A stretch of 64,000 nt of DNA from an uncultured Verrucomicrobiae bacterium (GTDB taxonomy: Bacteria; Verrucomicrobiota; Verrucomicrobiia; Chthoniobacterales; UBA10450), in assembly GCA_963815455.1 (NCBI GenBank), contig CAWFGO010000001.1:1120001-1184000 (forward strand). Reading direction: 5' to 3'. Positions 18,482 to 27,251 of this stretch are shown here, one piece after another. Position 1 is the stretch's first letter. Every line of letters starts with the position of its first letter. The notes under the pieces were generated by a model. That model was given only the letters and a program-made list of their open reading frames with translations, was not told the origin of the DNA and ran no database searches. The position numbers and the translations under genes are program-made.

Positions 18482-20110
18482 TCAAAAATCCGCCCAGAGA
18501 CGGAACGTGAGTCGCAAATCGAGCGCGGCGGTTTGTATTTGGCTGATGAAAGGCAGCGCTGCATCGAGCGAGCCGTTAAAGTGATTTCGAAAACGAATCC
18601 GGGTGCCGGCGCCGATGCTGGCAAGGGCAAACGTCGAATCCTGTTCCGGCAACGGATCGATCAGGCCGAGATAGCCGCCATCGGCAAAGGCGTAGAAACG
18701 CCATTCGTCGGCGGCGTCATCGCCCGGCGAGGGAAGCAACGACGGTCCTCGCAGCTCGATCATCCCGATGAACCCGTTGTCACCCAGTGTTTCCGCTTCA
18801 AGATAACCACGCACCGTCGAGAGCCCGCCGCCAGCGAACTGCTCGCTGCTGACCAGCGCTTGATCGGAAACCTGGCCCTGGATTTTTCCAAACGCCTGCC
18901 AGCCGGCCGGCAGATCGCGTTGGTGGGAAAGATCGGACCGGATATAAATGAAATTCGGGCCCGCTTTGTAGCGATTGAAATCGAATTCGACCGTGTCGCT
19001 CCCCACTTCGCCGACGTTGAAGGTCAGTCCGAAGTTGGCGTTTGTGATCGCGCCCTTTTGCGCCCAGGTCGCGCTGTAATTGGCGCTGAGCGGATAATAC
19101 GTGACCGGGGTCTCCAACATCTCACCAGAGATGACCAGGTTCTGAAGAAAATGTTTGTAATCGACGCCCAGCGTTAACGAATGATAAAAATCGTTCAGCT
19201 GCGGAAACGTGATAATGGCACGGGCCCCGATAATTTCGCCGCGGCCTGCGACATCGATCGTGCCAAGGGTGGAGACGTTCGATTCCTGTTTGATCCCCTG
19301 GACGAGAAGGGTCAGCCAGCTCGGATCGTCGAAACGCACGACATAGTAGCCGGAATAAACTTTCACCTCGCTGATGTCTTCCGGCGAGATTTGCAGACTG
19401 CCCCCGATGGAGTGACCGAGCTGCCAGAGATTGTTGTAACTCAGGGACGCATTAAGCCGCAGCGATGTGGTGTCGGCGCTGTAGCGATTGTTCAACTCCA
19501 GGCCGCCGTGCAGCGGGAACGTGTCCGTCACGGTAAGATCGACATCGACCGTTCCCGGAACCACCCCCGCCTTGAGCGAAGGCGTAACCCGACGGTCTGG
19601 CCATCGGTTTAACGAGACAACGTCTCGCGTGACCTCGTTAAAATTCGGCACGCTGCCTTCGGCCAGAGACGGCGTGTTCTGCTTGATCTTCGAAAGCAGG
19701 TAATAACGCGATCCATGAACCCGCAATCGTCCCACGGTGCTCTCGACGACTTTCAAAACGATAACGCCACGAGCGCCCTGTTGCGGCGGGACCTGCACCG
19801 ACACCGTCTGAAAACCTTTGGATTGATAGGCTTTTTCCAGCGCCGCCCGTGCTTGTTCGACATCTTCCGGACCACGGGCCGGCCCGAGGAATGGATAAAC
19901 AGCCTCTTCGATCTCGGCCTTGGTCAAACGGTGCGCCCCGAGCACCCTGTATTGTTTGATAAATAGCGACCCAATCTCCGGTTTCGATTCGACGCCCGGA
20001 CAGGGCATTGCGCCCAGAACCAGAAGGATCGACATCGCCACGAGAATGCGGCCCGCGATCTGCCCATTCTGCCTCGGCGCACAAGGAAAGGAATTTTTGA
20101 GAGTCCCCAC
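18482..20110 (-). CDS. ShlB/FhaC/HecB family TpsB outer-membrane transporter
   Basis: POTRA-like LEKAYQSKGF; barrel-loop motif TVRGY; ends in Phe. Confidence 0.9.
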   Translation of the reverse strand: MGTLKNSFPCAPRQNGQIAGRILVAMSILLVLGAMPCPGVESKPEIGSLFIKQYRVLGAHRLTKAEIEEAVYPFLGPARGPEDVEQARAALEKAYQSKGFQTVSVQVPPQQGARGVIVLKVVESTVGRLRVHGSRYYLLSKIKQNTPSLAEGSVPNFNEVTRDVVSLNRWPDRRVTPSLKAGVVPGTVDVDLTVTDTFPLHGGLELNNRYSADTTSLRLNASLSYNNLWQLGHSIGGSLQISPEDISEVKVYSGYYVVRFDDPSWLTLLVQGIKQESNVSTLGTIDVAGRGEIIGARAIITFPQLNDFYHSLTLGVDYKHFLQNLVISGEMLETPVTYYPLSANYSATWAQKGAITNANFGLTFNVGEVGSDTVEFDFNRYKAGPNFIYIRSDLSHQRDLPAGWQAFGKIQGQVSDQALVSSEQFAGGGLSTVRGYLEAETLGDNGFIGMIELRGPSLLPSPGDDAADEWRFYAFADGGYLGLIDPLPEQDSTFALASIGAGTRIRFRNHFNGSLDAALPFISQIQTAALDLRLTFRLWADF

Positions 20111-20154
20111 GCGCTGATTATGCGGTCGCGACGGGGGCTCTCAAGACGTGGGTA

Positions 20155-20240
20155 GTTACATTTGTGCGACCAAATGTGACAACCGCGTGACGATTGCAAG
20201 ATGTCACCGAATCTTAACAGAACGGTAACGCGATTGCCAT
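20155..20240. promoter_or_regulatory. Divergent Pho-box-like arrays
   Basis: Plus strand: GTCAC, TTAAC, GTAAC, GCCAT at 20203, 20214, 20225, 20236 (exact 11-bp period). Minus strand (plus-strand text): GTGAC 20187, GTGAC 20176, GCGAC 20166, GTTAC 20155. Confidence 0.75.
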
Positions 20241-20376
20241 TTTGATCCGCTTAGTATCGGCGAAGCGTCAATGACAGAGCCCGTCTGCAGTTTCTATGAA
20301 TCAACCCATCCAGTTTGCCACCGACACCCTCGTTGCCAGGCAGGGGCGACACGGCTTTTCCACCTCGACCACGCAT

Positions 20377-21072
20377 ATGCCCGCGAAACCGAGCAAAAAC
20401 ATTCTCATAATCGAGGATGAGCAGGACGTGATTGATTTGCTTGGACTACACCTCTTAAAAGAGGCCGCCTATACCGTCTCCACCGCGACCAACGGCGTGG
20501 CCGGCTTGGAAAAAGCGCGAGCCGAGCTGCCATGGATGATCATCCTCGATCTGATGCTACCGAAAATGTCGGGTCTGGAAATTTGCCGAATTCTTAAGGC
20601 CGACCCAGTGACCCGTCATATTCCGATCATCATGTTAACGGCCAAGGCCAGCGAAGCGGATCGAGTCGCCGGACTCGAGTTGGGAGCGGACGATTACGTC
20701 ACCAAGCCGTTTAGTCCGCGCGAAGTCGTCCTGCGAATCAAGGCCATCGAGCGTCGGCGCGTCGCCGAAGTAACCGATGAAAAGCTGATTGTCGGAACCA
20801 TCACGCTCGATCCGGTACGGCATCATGTCGATGTTGCCGGGAAAGCCGTGCGCCTAACGACTGCCGAGTTTAAGTTGCTTACCATGCTGATGAAAAAACC
20901 AGGACGCCTGCTTTCCCGCGAGATGCTACTCACCGGCGCGTGGGGCTATGAGACGTTGATTAATACCCGGACTGTCGATACCCACGTCCGGCGCCTGCGA
21001 CACAAGCTTGGCAAAGGCGCCCGCGCAATCGAAACCGTCCGCGGGTTCGGTTACCGGATGCGGCAGGATTAA
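20377..21072 (+). CDS. PhoB-like OmpR-family response regulator
   Basis: IIEDE, ILDLMLP, LTAK, GADDYVTKPFSPRE, TRTVDTHVRRLRHKLG, IETVRGFGY. Start uncertain (20296 or 20377). Confidence 0.88.
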   Translation: MPAKPSKNILIIEDEQDVIDLLGLHLLKEAAYTVSTATNGVAGLEKARAELPWMIILDLMLPKMSGLEICRILKADPVTRHIPIIMLTAKASEADRVAGLELGADDYVTKPFSPREVVLRIKAIERRRVAEVTDEKLIVGTITLDPVRHHVDVAGKAVRLTTAEFKLLTMLMKKPGRLLSREMLLTGAWGYETLINTRTVDTHVRRLRHKLGKGARAIETVRGFGYRMRQD

Positions 21073-21073
21073 C

Positions 21074-21676
21074 ATGTCTCTCGAGGCGATTCGTCCTCTG
21101 TCAGTGTGCCTGATGGCGCTGTCTATCGTGCTTTCGCTTGGGCAAAGCGCTCCAGCGCTGTCACCGGCCGCAGAGATTATTGTCAGCGTTCCGGACCAGG
21201 AGCTGGCATTGATCGATCGAAGCAGATTGATCATGCGGTATCGGGTTTCCACTTCGAAATTTGGAACTGGCGACGGCGTGGGAACTTATCGCACACCGCT
21301 CGGCACGCTGTTCGTCTCCGGAAAATTTGGCGATCGTCTGGCCGCCGGAGCCGTGATCAAGAACCGCGTGGCTACAGGCGAGCTTGTCGATCCTAACGCG
21401 CCAGGCCGGGACGCGATTGTTTCGCGCGTTATCTGGTTGCGCGGGAAAGAGGCGCAGAACAGCGCCGCGCACGATCGCTGCATTTACATTCACGGCACCC
21501 CGGAAGAACGTCGCATCGGCAAACCGGCCAGCTTTGGTTGCATCCGAATGCGCTCCGCGGATGTTATCGCGCTTTATCGGTTTGCCCACATCGGAATGCA
21601 CGTCACTGTGACGCGGAAACGGATCGTCGATTTTCTGCCCCCGGAGGAATCGAGCCTTTTCGCCAGAGCGGACTAA
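21074..21676 (+). CDS. L,D-transpeptidase (YkuD) family protein
   Basis: Signal peptide; RTPLG; IYIHGT...ASFGCIRM catalytic motif. Confidence 0.88.
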   Translation: MSLEAIRPLSVCLMALSIVLSLGQSAPALSPAAEIIVSVPDQELALIDRSRLIMRYRVSTSKFGTGDGVGTYRTPLGTLFVSGKFGDRLAAGAVIKNRVATGELVDPNAPGRDAIVSRVIWLRGKEAQNSAAHDRCIYIHGTPEERRIGKPASFGCIRMRSADVIALYRFAHIGMHVTVTRKRIVDFLPPEESSLFARAD

Positions 21677-21682
21677 GCGAAA

Positions 21683-22117
21683 ATGAAGAAGAAAGTTCTG
21701 TTTATTTGTGTTCATAACAGCGCTCGCAGCCAGATGGCGGCAGCGTTACTCAATAAGATCTGCGGTGACGATTTCGAAGGCCACAGCGCCGGACTCGAAC
21801 CCGGCACCATCAACCCGCTGGCCGTGGAAGCGCTGCGCGAAATCGGAATCGACATTTCCAAGAACAAGCCCCAGAGCGTGTTCGACGTCTTTAAATCCGC
21901 GCAACTTTTCCCGTTCGTAATCACGGTTTGCAGCGAGAGCGAAGCGCAAGGCTGCCCGATCTTTCCCGGTGTATCCACCCGTTTGCACTGGCCATTCCCC
22001 GACCCGGCCAAGCTTACCGGTTCGTGGGAAGAGAAACTGGCGGGCACCCGCAAGATTCGGGACCAAATTCGCGCCCGGATCGTAACCTGGTGCAAGGAAA
22101 CGTCCGTTTCCGGTTAA
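21683..22117 (+). CDS. arsC: Arsenate reductase, thioredoxin-type (LMW-PTP fold)
   Basis: CVHNSARSQMA; ITVCSESEAQGCPIFPG; HWPFPDP. Confidence 0.85.
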   Translation: MKKKVLFICVHNSARSQMAAALLNKICGDDFEGHSAGLEPGTINPLAVEALREIGIDISKNKPQSVFDVFKSAQLFPFVITVCSESEAQGCPIFPGVSTRLHWPFPDPAKLTGSWEEKLAGTRKIRDQIRARIVTWCKETSVSG

Positions 22118-22189
22118 CGCGTCGGAGCCGGGCGAGCCTGGCAGTTGCCAAAAAAATTTCTTGTTGCCTGGCGGGATTGCCGTGGTTAT

Positions 22190-22213
22190 ATATTTAACCA
22201 TATGGTTAAATAT
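22190..22213. promoter_or_regulatory. Perfect 24-bp palindromic operator overlapping the ArsR start codon
   Basis: ATATTTAACCATATGGTTAAATAT. Confidence 0.85.
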
Positions 22214-22558
22214 CCGTCGCCCACATTGGATCGCACCTTCGCCGCCCTGGCCGATCCCACCCGGCGGCGAATCCTGGCTCATCTGGCCCGCGGCTCCAAA
22301 CGGGTCACTCATCTGGCCCGGCCGCATGACATGTCGCTGCCGGCGGTCTCGAAACATTTGCGGGTTCTCGAAAAGGCGGGCCTCCTTCGCCGCCGGCGCT
22401 ATGGACGAGTGCATGAAATGCAGTTGGAAGCCGAGCCGCTAAGAAGGGCAGCGCAATGGGTCGAGGAGTATCGGAAATTCTGGGAGGCCTCGCTCGACCG
22501 GCTCGCCGACTATTTGGAAAAAACAAACAAGGCTGTGGCCAGGAAAGGAAAAAAATAG
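22202..22558 (+). CDS. ArsR/SmtB family regulator (SRPBCC-associated type)
   Basis: FAALADPTRRRIL; SLPAVSKHLRVLEKAGL; FWEASLDRL. Confidence 0.9.
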   Translation: MVKYPSPTLDRTFAALADPTRRRILAHLARGSKRVTHLARPHDMSLPAVSKHLRVLEKAGLLRRRRYGRVHEMQLEAEPLRRAAQWVEEYRKFWEASLDRLADYLEKTNKAVARKGKK

Positions 22559-22560
22559 CC

Positions 22561-22695
22561 ATGTGTCCCGTTTGCTTCGCCAATCTCGTCTTGGTGACAC
22601 TTGGCGCGACTTCGAGCGGCGGGTTGACGACGTTCGCGCTCGCGAAATTTCTTAGACGAAAAAAGCAAAGAGAAAATCAGAGGAACCAAAAATGA
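22561..22695 (+). CDS. Small 44-aa CxxC peptide with one TM segment
   Basis: MCPVCFANLVLVTLGATSSGGLTTFALAKFLRRKKQ; starts 2 nt after the ArsR stop; stop overlaps the next ATG. Confidence 0.6.
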   Translation: MCPVCFANLVLVTLGATSSGGLTTFALAKFLRRKKQRENQRNQK

Positions 22696-23435
22696 AACTC
22701 ATGGAAATGAAAACACCCACAATCGTCTCACCGCATGAGTGGGAGGCTGCACGCCAGCAACTGCTGGTGAAAGAGAAAGAGTTAACCCGGGCCCGGGACG
22801 CCCTCGCCGCCGAGCGTCGCCGGATGCCGTGGCTGGCGGTGAAGAAGAATTATGAATTCGACGGACCCGGCGGCAAGGTGAGTCTGCTCGATCTGTTCGA
22901 GGGGCGCCGTCAGTTGATCGTCTACCGCGCGTTTTTTGAACCCGGCGTGAAGGGCTGGCCCGAACATGCATGTGTTGGCTGTTCCATGGTGGCCGACCAG
23001 GTTGCCCACGTCGCCCATCTGAACGCGCGCGATACGACTCTCGCGTTTGCCTCACGCGCGTCGCAGAAGGACATCGAGCGTCTGAAAGCGCGGATGGGCT
23101 GGGAGATACCCTGGTATACCATAACGGACAACTTCGACAAAGACTTCGGCGTGGACGAGTGGCATGGCACGAACGCATTCATCCGCGACGGCGACAAAGT
23201 GTTTCGCACCTACTTCATCGACAATCGCGGCGACGAGCAGATGGGGAACACTTGGAACTACCTCGATATCACCGCGCTCGGGCGCCAGGAAGAGTGGGAG
23301 GACTCGCCCGAGGGTTATCCCCAGACTCCACCGTACGAATGGTGGATCTGGCACGACGAACCAAACGAGACGGGCCAAAATCGACCCGGCCTGGTGCAAC
23401 TCCACGCCGCCCGGGCCTACTCGCAGGGCGACTAG
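22692..23435 (+). CDS. DUF899 (thioredoxin-like) family protein
   Basis: LLVKEKELTRARDALAAERRRMPW; ACVGCS; LGRQEEWEDSPEGYPQ. Confidence 0.88.
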   Translation: MKLMEMKTPTIVSPHEWEAARQQLLVKEKELTRARDALAAERRRMPWLAVKKNYEFDGPGGKVSLLDLFEGRRQLIVYRAFFEPGVKGWPEHACVGCSMVADQVAHVAHLNARDTTLAFASRASQKDIERLKARMGWEIPWYTITDNFDKDFGVDEWHGTNAFIRDGDKVFRTYFIDNRGDEQMGNTWNYLDITALGRQEEWEDSPEGYPQTPPYEWWIWHDEPNETGQNRPGLVQLHAARAYSQGD

Positions 23436-23439
23436 AAAT

Positions 23440-23814
23440 ATGAATCGCGTAACGCATTTTGAGATTTACACCGACGATCCGGAAGTGGTGCAGCCGTTTT
23501 ATCGGGATGTTTTCGGATGGAAGTTCAGCAAATTCGAAGGTGGCCCGATCGAGTATTGGGTGGTGACAACCGGCGACGACAAGGAACCGGGAATCAATGG
23601 CGGGATCACTCGGCCGCGGGAGGGCCAAAGCGCCGGCACGTTGAACACGATCGCAGTCCCGTCGGTCGATCAAACAATAATGAAGATCGAGCAGCGCGGC
23701 GGAAAGATCTGTGTGCCGAAGATGGCGATCCCGAAGGTCGGGTGGCTGGCTTATGCCGAAGATCCCGGCGGCAACGTTTTCGGAATCATCGAACCAGACG
23801 TTAAGGCAAAGTAG
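23440..23814 (+). CDS. VOC/glyoxalase family protein
   Basis: VTHFEI..DDPE..FYRDVFGW; GINGGI; DPGGNVFGI. Confidence 0.88.
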   Translation: MNRVTHFEIYTDDPEVVQPFYRDVFGWKFSKFEGGPIEYWVVTTGDDKEPGINGGITRPREGQSAGTLNTIAVPSVDQTIMKIEQRGGKICVPKMAIPKVGWLAYAEDPGGNVFGIIEPDVKAK

Positions 23815-23815
23815 C

Positions 23816-24262
23816 ATGACCACAAAAAACGAACTGACGGAAGCGGTGATAATGGAACGAACCTTCGACGCACCGGTGGAGCGACTTTGGAAAGCGCTGA
23901 CAGATGTCGATCAAATGCGCGAATGGTACTTTGACCTTGAAGAATTCAAACCCGAAGTCGGCTTTGAATTTGAATTTATCGTCGAGCACCAGAGCAGGAA
24001 ATATCATCACCTGTGCAAGATCATCGAGGTCGTTCCCCAAAGGAAGATCGCCTACACCTGGCGATATAAAGGCGAACAGGGCGACTCCCTGGTCACGTTT
24101 GAATTGTTCGCCGCTGGCGACAAGACGCGGCTGAAACTGACTCACACAGGCCTGGAGACTTTTCCAGACACTCCGGCATTCGCGCGCAAGAATTTCAACG
24201 AAGGGTGGACACAAATCATTGGCACTTCGCTGAAGGAATTTCTTGAGAAAGAAAAATCATGA
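23816..24262 (+). CDS. SRPBCC/AHSA1 domain protein
   Basis: ERTFDAPVERLWKALTD; TRLKLTHTG; GWTQII. Confidence 0.88.
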   Translation: MTTKNELTEAVIMERTFDAPVERLWKALTDVDQMREWYFDLEEFKPEVGFEFEFIVEHQSRKYHHLCKIIEVVPQRKIAYTWRYKGEQGDSLVTFELFAAGDKTRLKLTHTGLETFPDTPAFARKNFNEGWTQIIGTSLKEFLEKEKS

Positions 24263-24711
24263 AAACCGATGATACGGCGAAAACGAGTCTGGAAATCAAA
24301 CGTCTGATCAAGGCTCCGCGTGAGCGCGTTTACGCCGCCTGGACCGATCCCGCGCAGTTGAAACAGTGGTTTGGCCCGGAGAATGTTCAGACTCATAATC
24401 TGGTCGCCGACGTTCGGGTCGGCGGCAATTACCAATGGGACCTCAGCAATACCGAAGGCGAACGAATGACCGTGCGGGGCGAATACCGCGAGCTGGAGCC
24501 AGGCAAGAAGATTGTCTTCACCTGGCAATGGGATGACGACGAGGTTTGGGAAAATCGCACCAGCATCGTAACGGTCGAACTCTACGATGCCGACGGCGGA
24601 ACGGAACTTCGTTTAAGGCACGTCCAACTGCCGAGTGAACAATCGCGCGATCGCCATGGCGAGGGCTGGAACAGCGTCCTCGACCGGTTGGAGAAATTAT
24701 TTAGCACATAA
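24259..24711 (+). CDS. SRPBCC/AHSA1 domain protein
   Basis: IKAPRERVYAAWTDP..LKQWFGP; HGEGWNSVLDRL. Confidence 0.88.
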   Translation: MKTDDTAKTSLEIKRLIKAPRERVYAAWTDPAQLKQWFGPENVQTHNLVADVRVGGNYQWDLSNTEGERMTVRGEYRELEPGKKIVFTWQWDDDEVWENRTSIVTVELYDADGGTELRLRHVQLPSEQSRDRHGEGWNSVLDRLEKLFST

Positions 24712-24718
24712 ATTGCCT

Positions 24719-24765
24719 GGCCCGCCGTAGGTCCGAGCCGGACTGGCATTTGGCGAAGGCGGGTC
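24719..24765. repeat. Nested intergenic hairpin
   Basis: Outer arms GGCCCGCC and GGCGGGTC around an inner GTCCG-AGC-CGGAC hairpin. Confidence 0.5.
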
Positions 24766-24789
24766 GATCCAAATAACAGTGGAGGAAAA

Positions 24790-25167
24790 ATGAATACCGA
24801 AGAAGTGGCAAGAAAAGTGGTGGAGCTTGTTCGCAAACAGGCTTGGTACGAGGCGCTCGACACGCTTTACGACAACGACATTGTCAGCGTCGAAGCGTTC
24901 AGCGCAGGCGGCGGTCCGGCGGAAACTCGCGGCAAAGAAGGCGTTCGCGGCAAAATCGACTGGTGGGTGAACGCGATGGAGGTTCGTAGTTTCAAGGCGA
25001 GTGAGCCTTTTGTCGCCCATGATCGTTTTGTCGTGCAATACGATGCCGATGTAACCGACAAAAAGTCCAAACAGCGACGCCAGATGTCGGAAGTCGGCGT
25101 TTACACCGTCAAAGACGGCAAAATCGCGCGCGAAGAATTCCTGCCAAGAACCGTAGCGGCATCATGA
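24790..25167 (+). CDS. SnoaL-like/NTF2 family protein
   Basis: LYDNDIVSVEA; EVGVYTVKDGKIAREEF; GGAGG RBS. Confidence 0.85.
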   Translation: MNTEEVARKVVELVRKQAWYEALDTLYDNDIVSVEAFSAGGGPAETRGKEGVRGKIDWWVNAMEVRSFKASEPFVAHDRFVVQYDADVTDKKSKQRRQMSEVGVYTVKDGKIAREEFLPRTVAAS

Positions 25168-25242
25168 TCCGGGCCGAGACTCCGTTTGTGGTCTCGGCGA
25201 CGCCGACGGGATTGTGCCCCGAATCGGCGCCGCCGTTTCGAT

Positions 25243-25998
25243 TTACCGAAGGCCTCCGGCGATTCGCAGCGTCTCGCCAGTAATGTATCGAGCATCCGAA
25301 GACGCGAGAAAAACCGCGGCTGGAGCAATGTCGTCGGGCTGACCGATCCGGCCAAGCGGGGTCTGCTGCTCCACATTTTTGCGGAACTCGCCTTCGTTGA
25401 AACCGGCGGAGACCACGCCTTCGGTTTCCACCATGCCTGGATTGATGGCGTTGACGCGAATTTTCCGCGGACCGAGTTCCTTGGCCAGCGTCCGGGTAAT
25501 TCCGTCCACGGCGGCCTTGGTGCCAGTATAGACCGACGAGGCCGGCGGAGTCAGCGACGTAACCGCCGAACTGATATTGATGATACTTCCGCCGTCAGAA
25601 CCGAAGTGTTTGACGGCTTCCTGGGTAGCCAGGAGCAGGCCAAGAACATTCACGTCGAAATGCCTGTGGAAATGTTCCTCGGTGATTTCTTCCAGCGGCG
25701 CGAATTCGTAAATGCCTGCGTTGTTGACCAGGATGTCGATCCTGCCGAACGCTTTCTTTGCCGCTGAAAAGAGCTGTTCGACGTCCGCCTTCTTGGCCAC
25801 GTTTGCCTGGATGGCAACGGCTTTGCCGCCGCGTTTGGCAATTTCGTCCACGACCTTATCCGCACCTTCCTTCGAGGAAGAGTAATTGACCACGACCGCT
25901 GCCCCTTCGGCGGCGAGATGTTTGGCGATGTCGGCGCCGATTCCCTTTGAGGCGCCCGTTACCACCGCTACCTGACCGGCAAGTTTCTTGTTGTTCAT
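25243..25998 (-). CDS. Short-chain dehydrogenase/reductase (glucose 1-dehydrogenase-like)
   Basis: TGASKGIG, NNAG, YTGTK, VNAINPG. Confidence 0.92.
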   Translation of the reverse strand: MNNKKLAGQVAVVTGASKGIGADIAKHLAAEGAAVVVNYSSSKEGADKVVDEIAKRGGKAVAIQANVAKKADVEQLFSAAKKAFGRIDILVNNAGIYEFAPLEEITEEHFHRHFDVNVLGLLLATQEAVKHFGSDGGSIINISSAVTSLTPPASSVYTGTKAAVDGITRTLAKELGPRKIRVNAINPGMVETEGVVSAGFNEGEFRKNVEQQTPLGRIGQPDDIAPAAVFLASSDARYITGETLRIAGGLR

Positions 25999-26043
25999 TG
26001 TGTTCCTTTCTTTGTTTGTTTTTCGAAGAATTCTTTTTCGGTC

Positions 26044-26388
26044 TCAGCACGCAGCGGCGAACTCGTACTGCGCGAAAATCGACGGTGTTACGATTTTATC
26101 GTTCGTCGTGTTCGCCGGCTCGAGTCCCAGCGTCGCGATGTGCGCCTCGACCAGATCAGGCAGAAACAAATGCGGGAAAAATGAAAGATCCCACGCCTTT
26201 GCCTCTTCCTCGTCGAGGACCAGCCGGATGATTTCGCCGAGACCCGGATAGGTCTGTTCGTAATCGCGCTGGAGTTGCTCTTTCAGTTCCGCCACTGCGG
26301 CGGTCAGTTTCTGGAGGAAAACTGCTGCTGCTTCAGAATGCTCTTCAGTTTTCATGAGGTTGGTTTCTGGTTGAGGGTTTTGTATCAT
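26044..26388 (-). CDS. Hypothetical protein
   Basis: Helical ORF (EEAKAWDLSFFPHLFLPDLVEAHI) between a TetR operator and the SDR; alternative start 26355. Confidence 0.6.
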   Translation of the reverse strand: MIQNPQPETNLMKTEEHSEAAAVFLQKLTAAVAELKEQLQRDYEQTYPGLGEIIRLVLDEEEAKAWDLSFFPHLFLPDLVEAHIATLGLEPANTTNDKIVTPSIFAQYEFAAAC

Positions 26389-26473
26389 CGTAAAAGGAGG
26401 GGGATTTGATCGTGTCCTGTCGGGTGCGCGAATGAGACGAGGGCGAAGAAGTTCATGGTTCTCTTTCTGGATT

Positions 26474-26491
26474 AAACCGACCAGTCGGTAT
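26474..26491. promoter_or_regulatory. Putative TetR operator 2
   Basis: AAACCGACCAGTCGGTAT, near-identical to 27137-27154. Confidence 0.75.
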
Positions 26492-26518
26492 GACTCCTGC
26501 CATAAAAAAATAACATTG

Positions 26519-27124
26519 TTAGGGTCGCAAACTGTCCAAATAGTCGAAGAGGCCCTGGCTCGACTGCGCCATCAATTCCTTGCTTTGCGCGTTCTTGGCC
26601 GTGCCCACGATCCCTGCTTGTGCCGCCACTATGAATGCGGCCGCTTTCGCCGGAGCAACGTTTTTCCTTACCTTGCCCGCCTTGATTCCACGGACGAACG
26701 CGGCCGCGATAGAGTCTCGCCATGCGCCATAAATCTGTTCCAGGGATTTCCGGAATTTCTCATCCAGGGGCGACATCTCCTGGGCCAGGTTGTTCAGTGG
26801 GCACCCATGCTCGAGCTGCCCATTCGTGAGCTCGGTGGTCAGGCATTGGCGAAAAAGCCGTTTCAAATCGGTAATGGGATCGGTTGACCGGGCCAGAGGA
26901 TCCGACCAGCGCTCCTTGAGATGAGGGTAAATGACTTCTCTCACCACCGCGTAACCCAAATCGTTCTTGCCCCGGAAATGATGAAACAACGCGCCCTTGG
27001 TCGTTCCCGCTCCGTCCACAATGCGATTAATGCTGCTACCCTGGAATCCGTTCCTGTAAAACTCGTCGAATGCCGCTTCAAGAATTTGGCGGCGGGTTTT
27101 CTCGGAGTTTCTGGTTGCTTTCAT
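26519..27124 (-). CDS. TetR/AcrR family regulator
   Basis: TRRQILEAA..FYRNGF; TKGALFHHFRGK; GCPLNNLAQE. Confidence 0.92.
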   Translation of the reverse strand: MKATRNSEKTRRQILEAAFDEFYRNGFQGSSINRIVDGAGTTKGALFHHFRGKNDLGYAVVREVIYPHLKERWSDPLARSTDPITDLKRLFRQCLTTELTNGQLEHGCPLNNLAQEMSPLDEKFRKSLEQIYGAWRDSIAAAFVRGIKAGKVRKNVAPAKAAAFIVAAQAGIVGTAKNAQSKELMAQSSQGLFDYLDSLRP

Positions 27125-27136
27125 TGAGGATTATCA

Positions 27137-27154
27137 ATACAGACCAGTCGGTAT
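27137..27154. promoter_or_regulatory. Putative TetR operator 1 (autoregulatory)
   Basis: ATACAGACCAGTCGGTAT quasi-palindrome 12 nt upstream of the tetR start. Confidence 0.75.
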
Positions 27155-27251
27155 GTAGTCAAGTTCAAAGTTTGCTAAAATCCGGGGTGCCCTGGTTTCA
27201 GAAACGGTTCGGTGAAGATTCACCAGCGCCTTCTACAATAACGCGAAGGGA

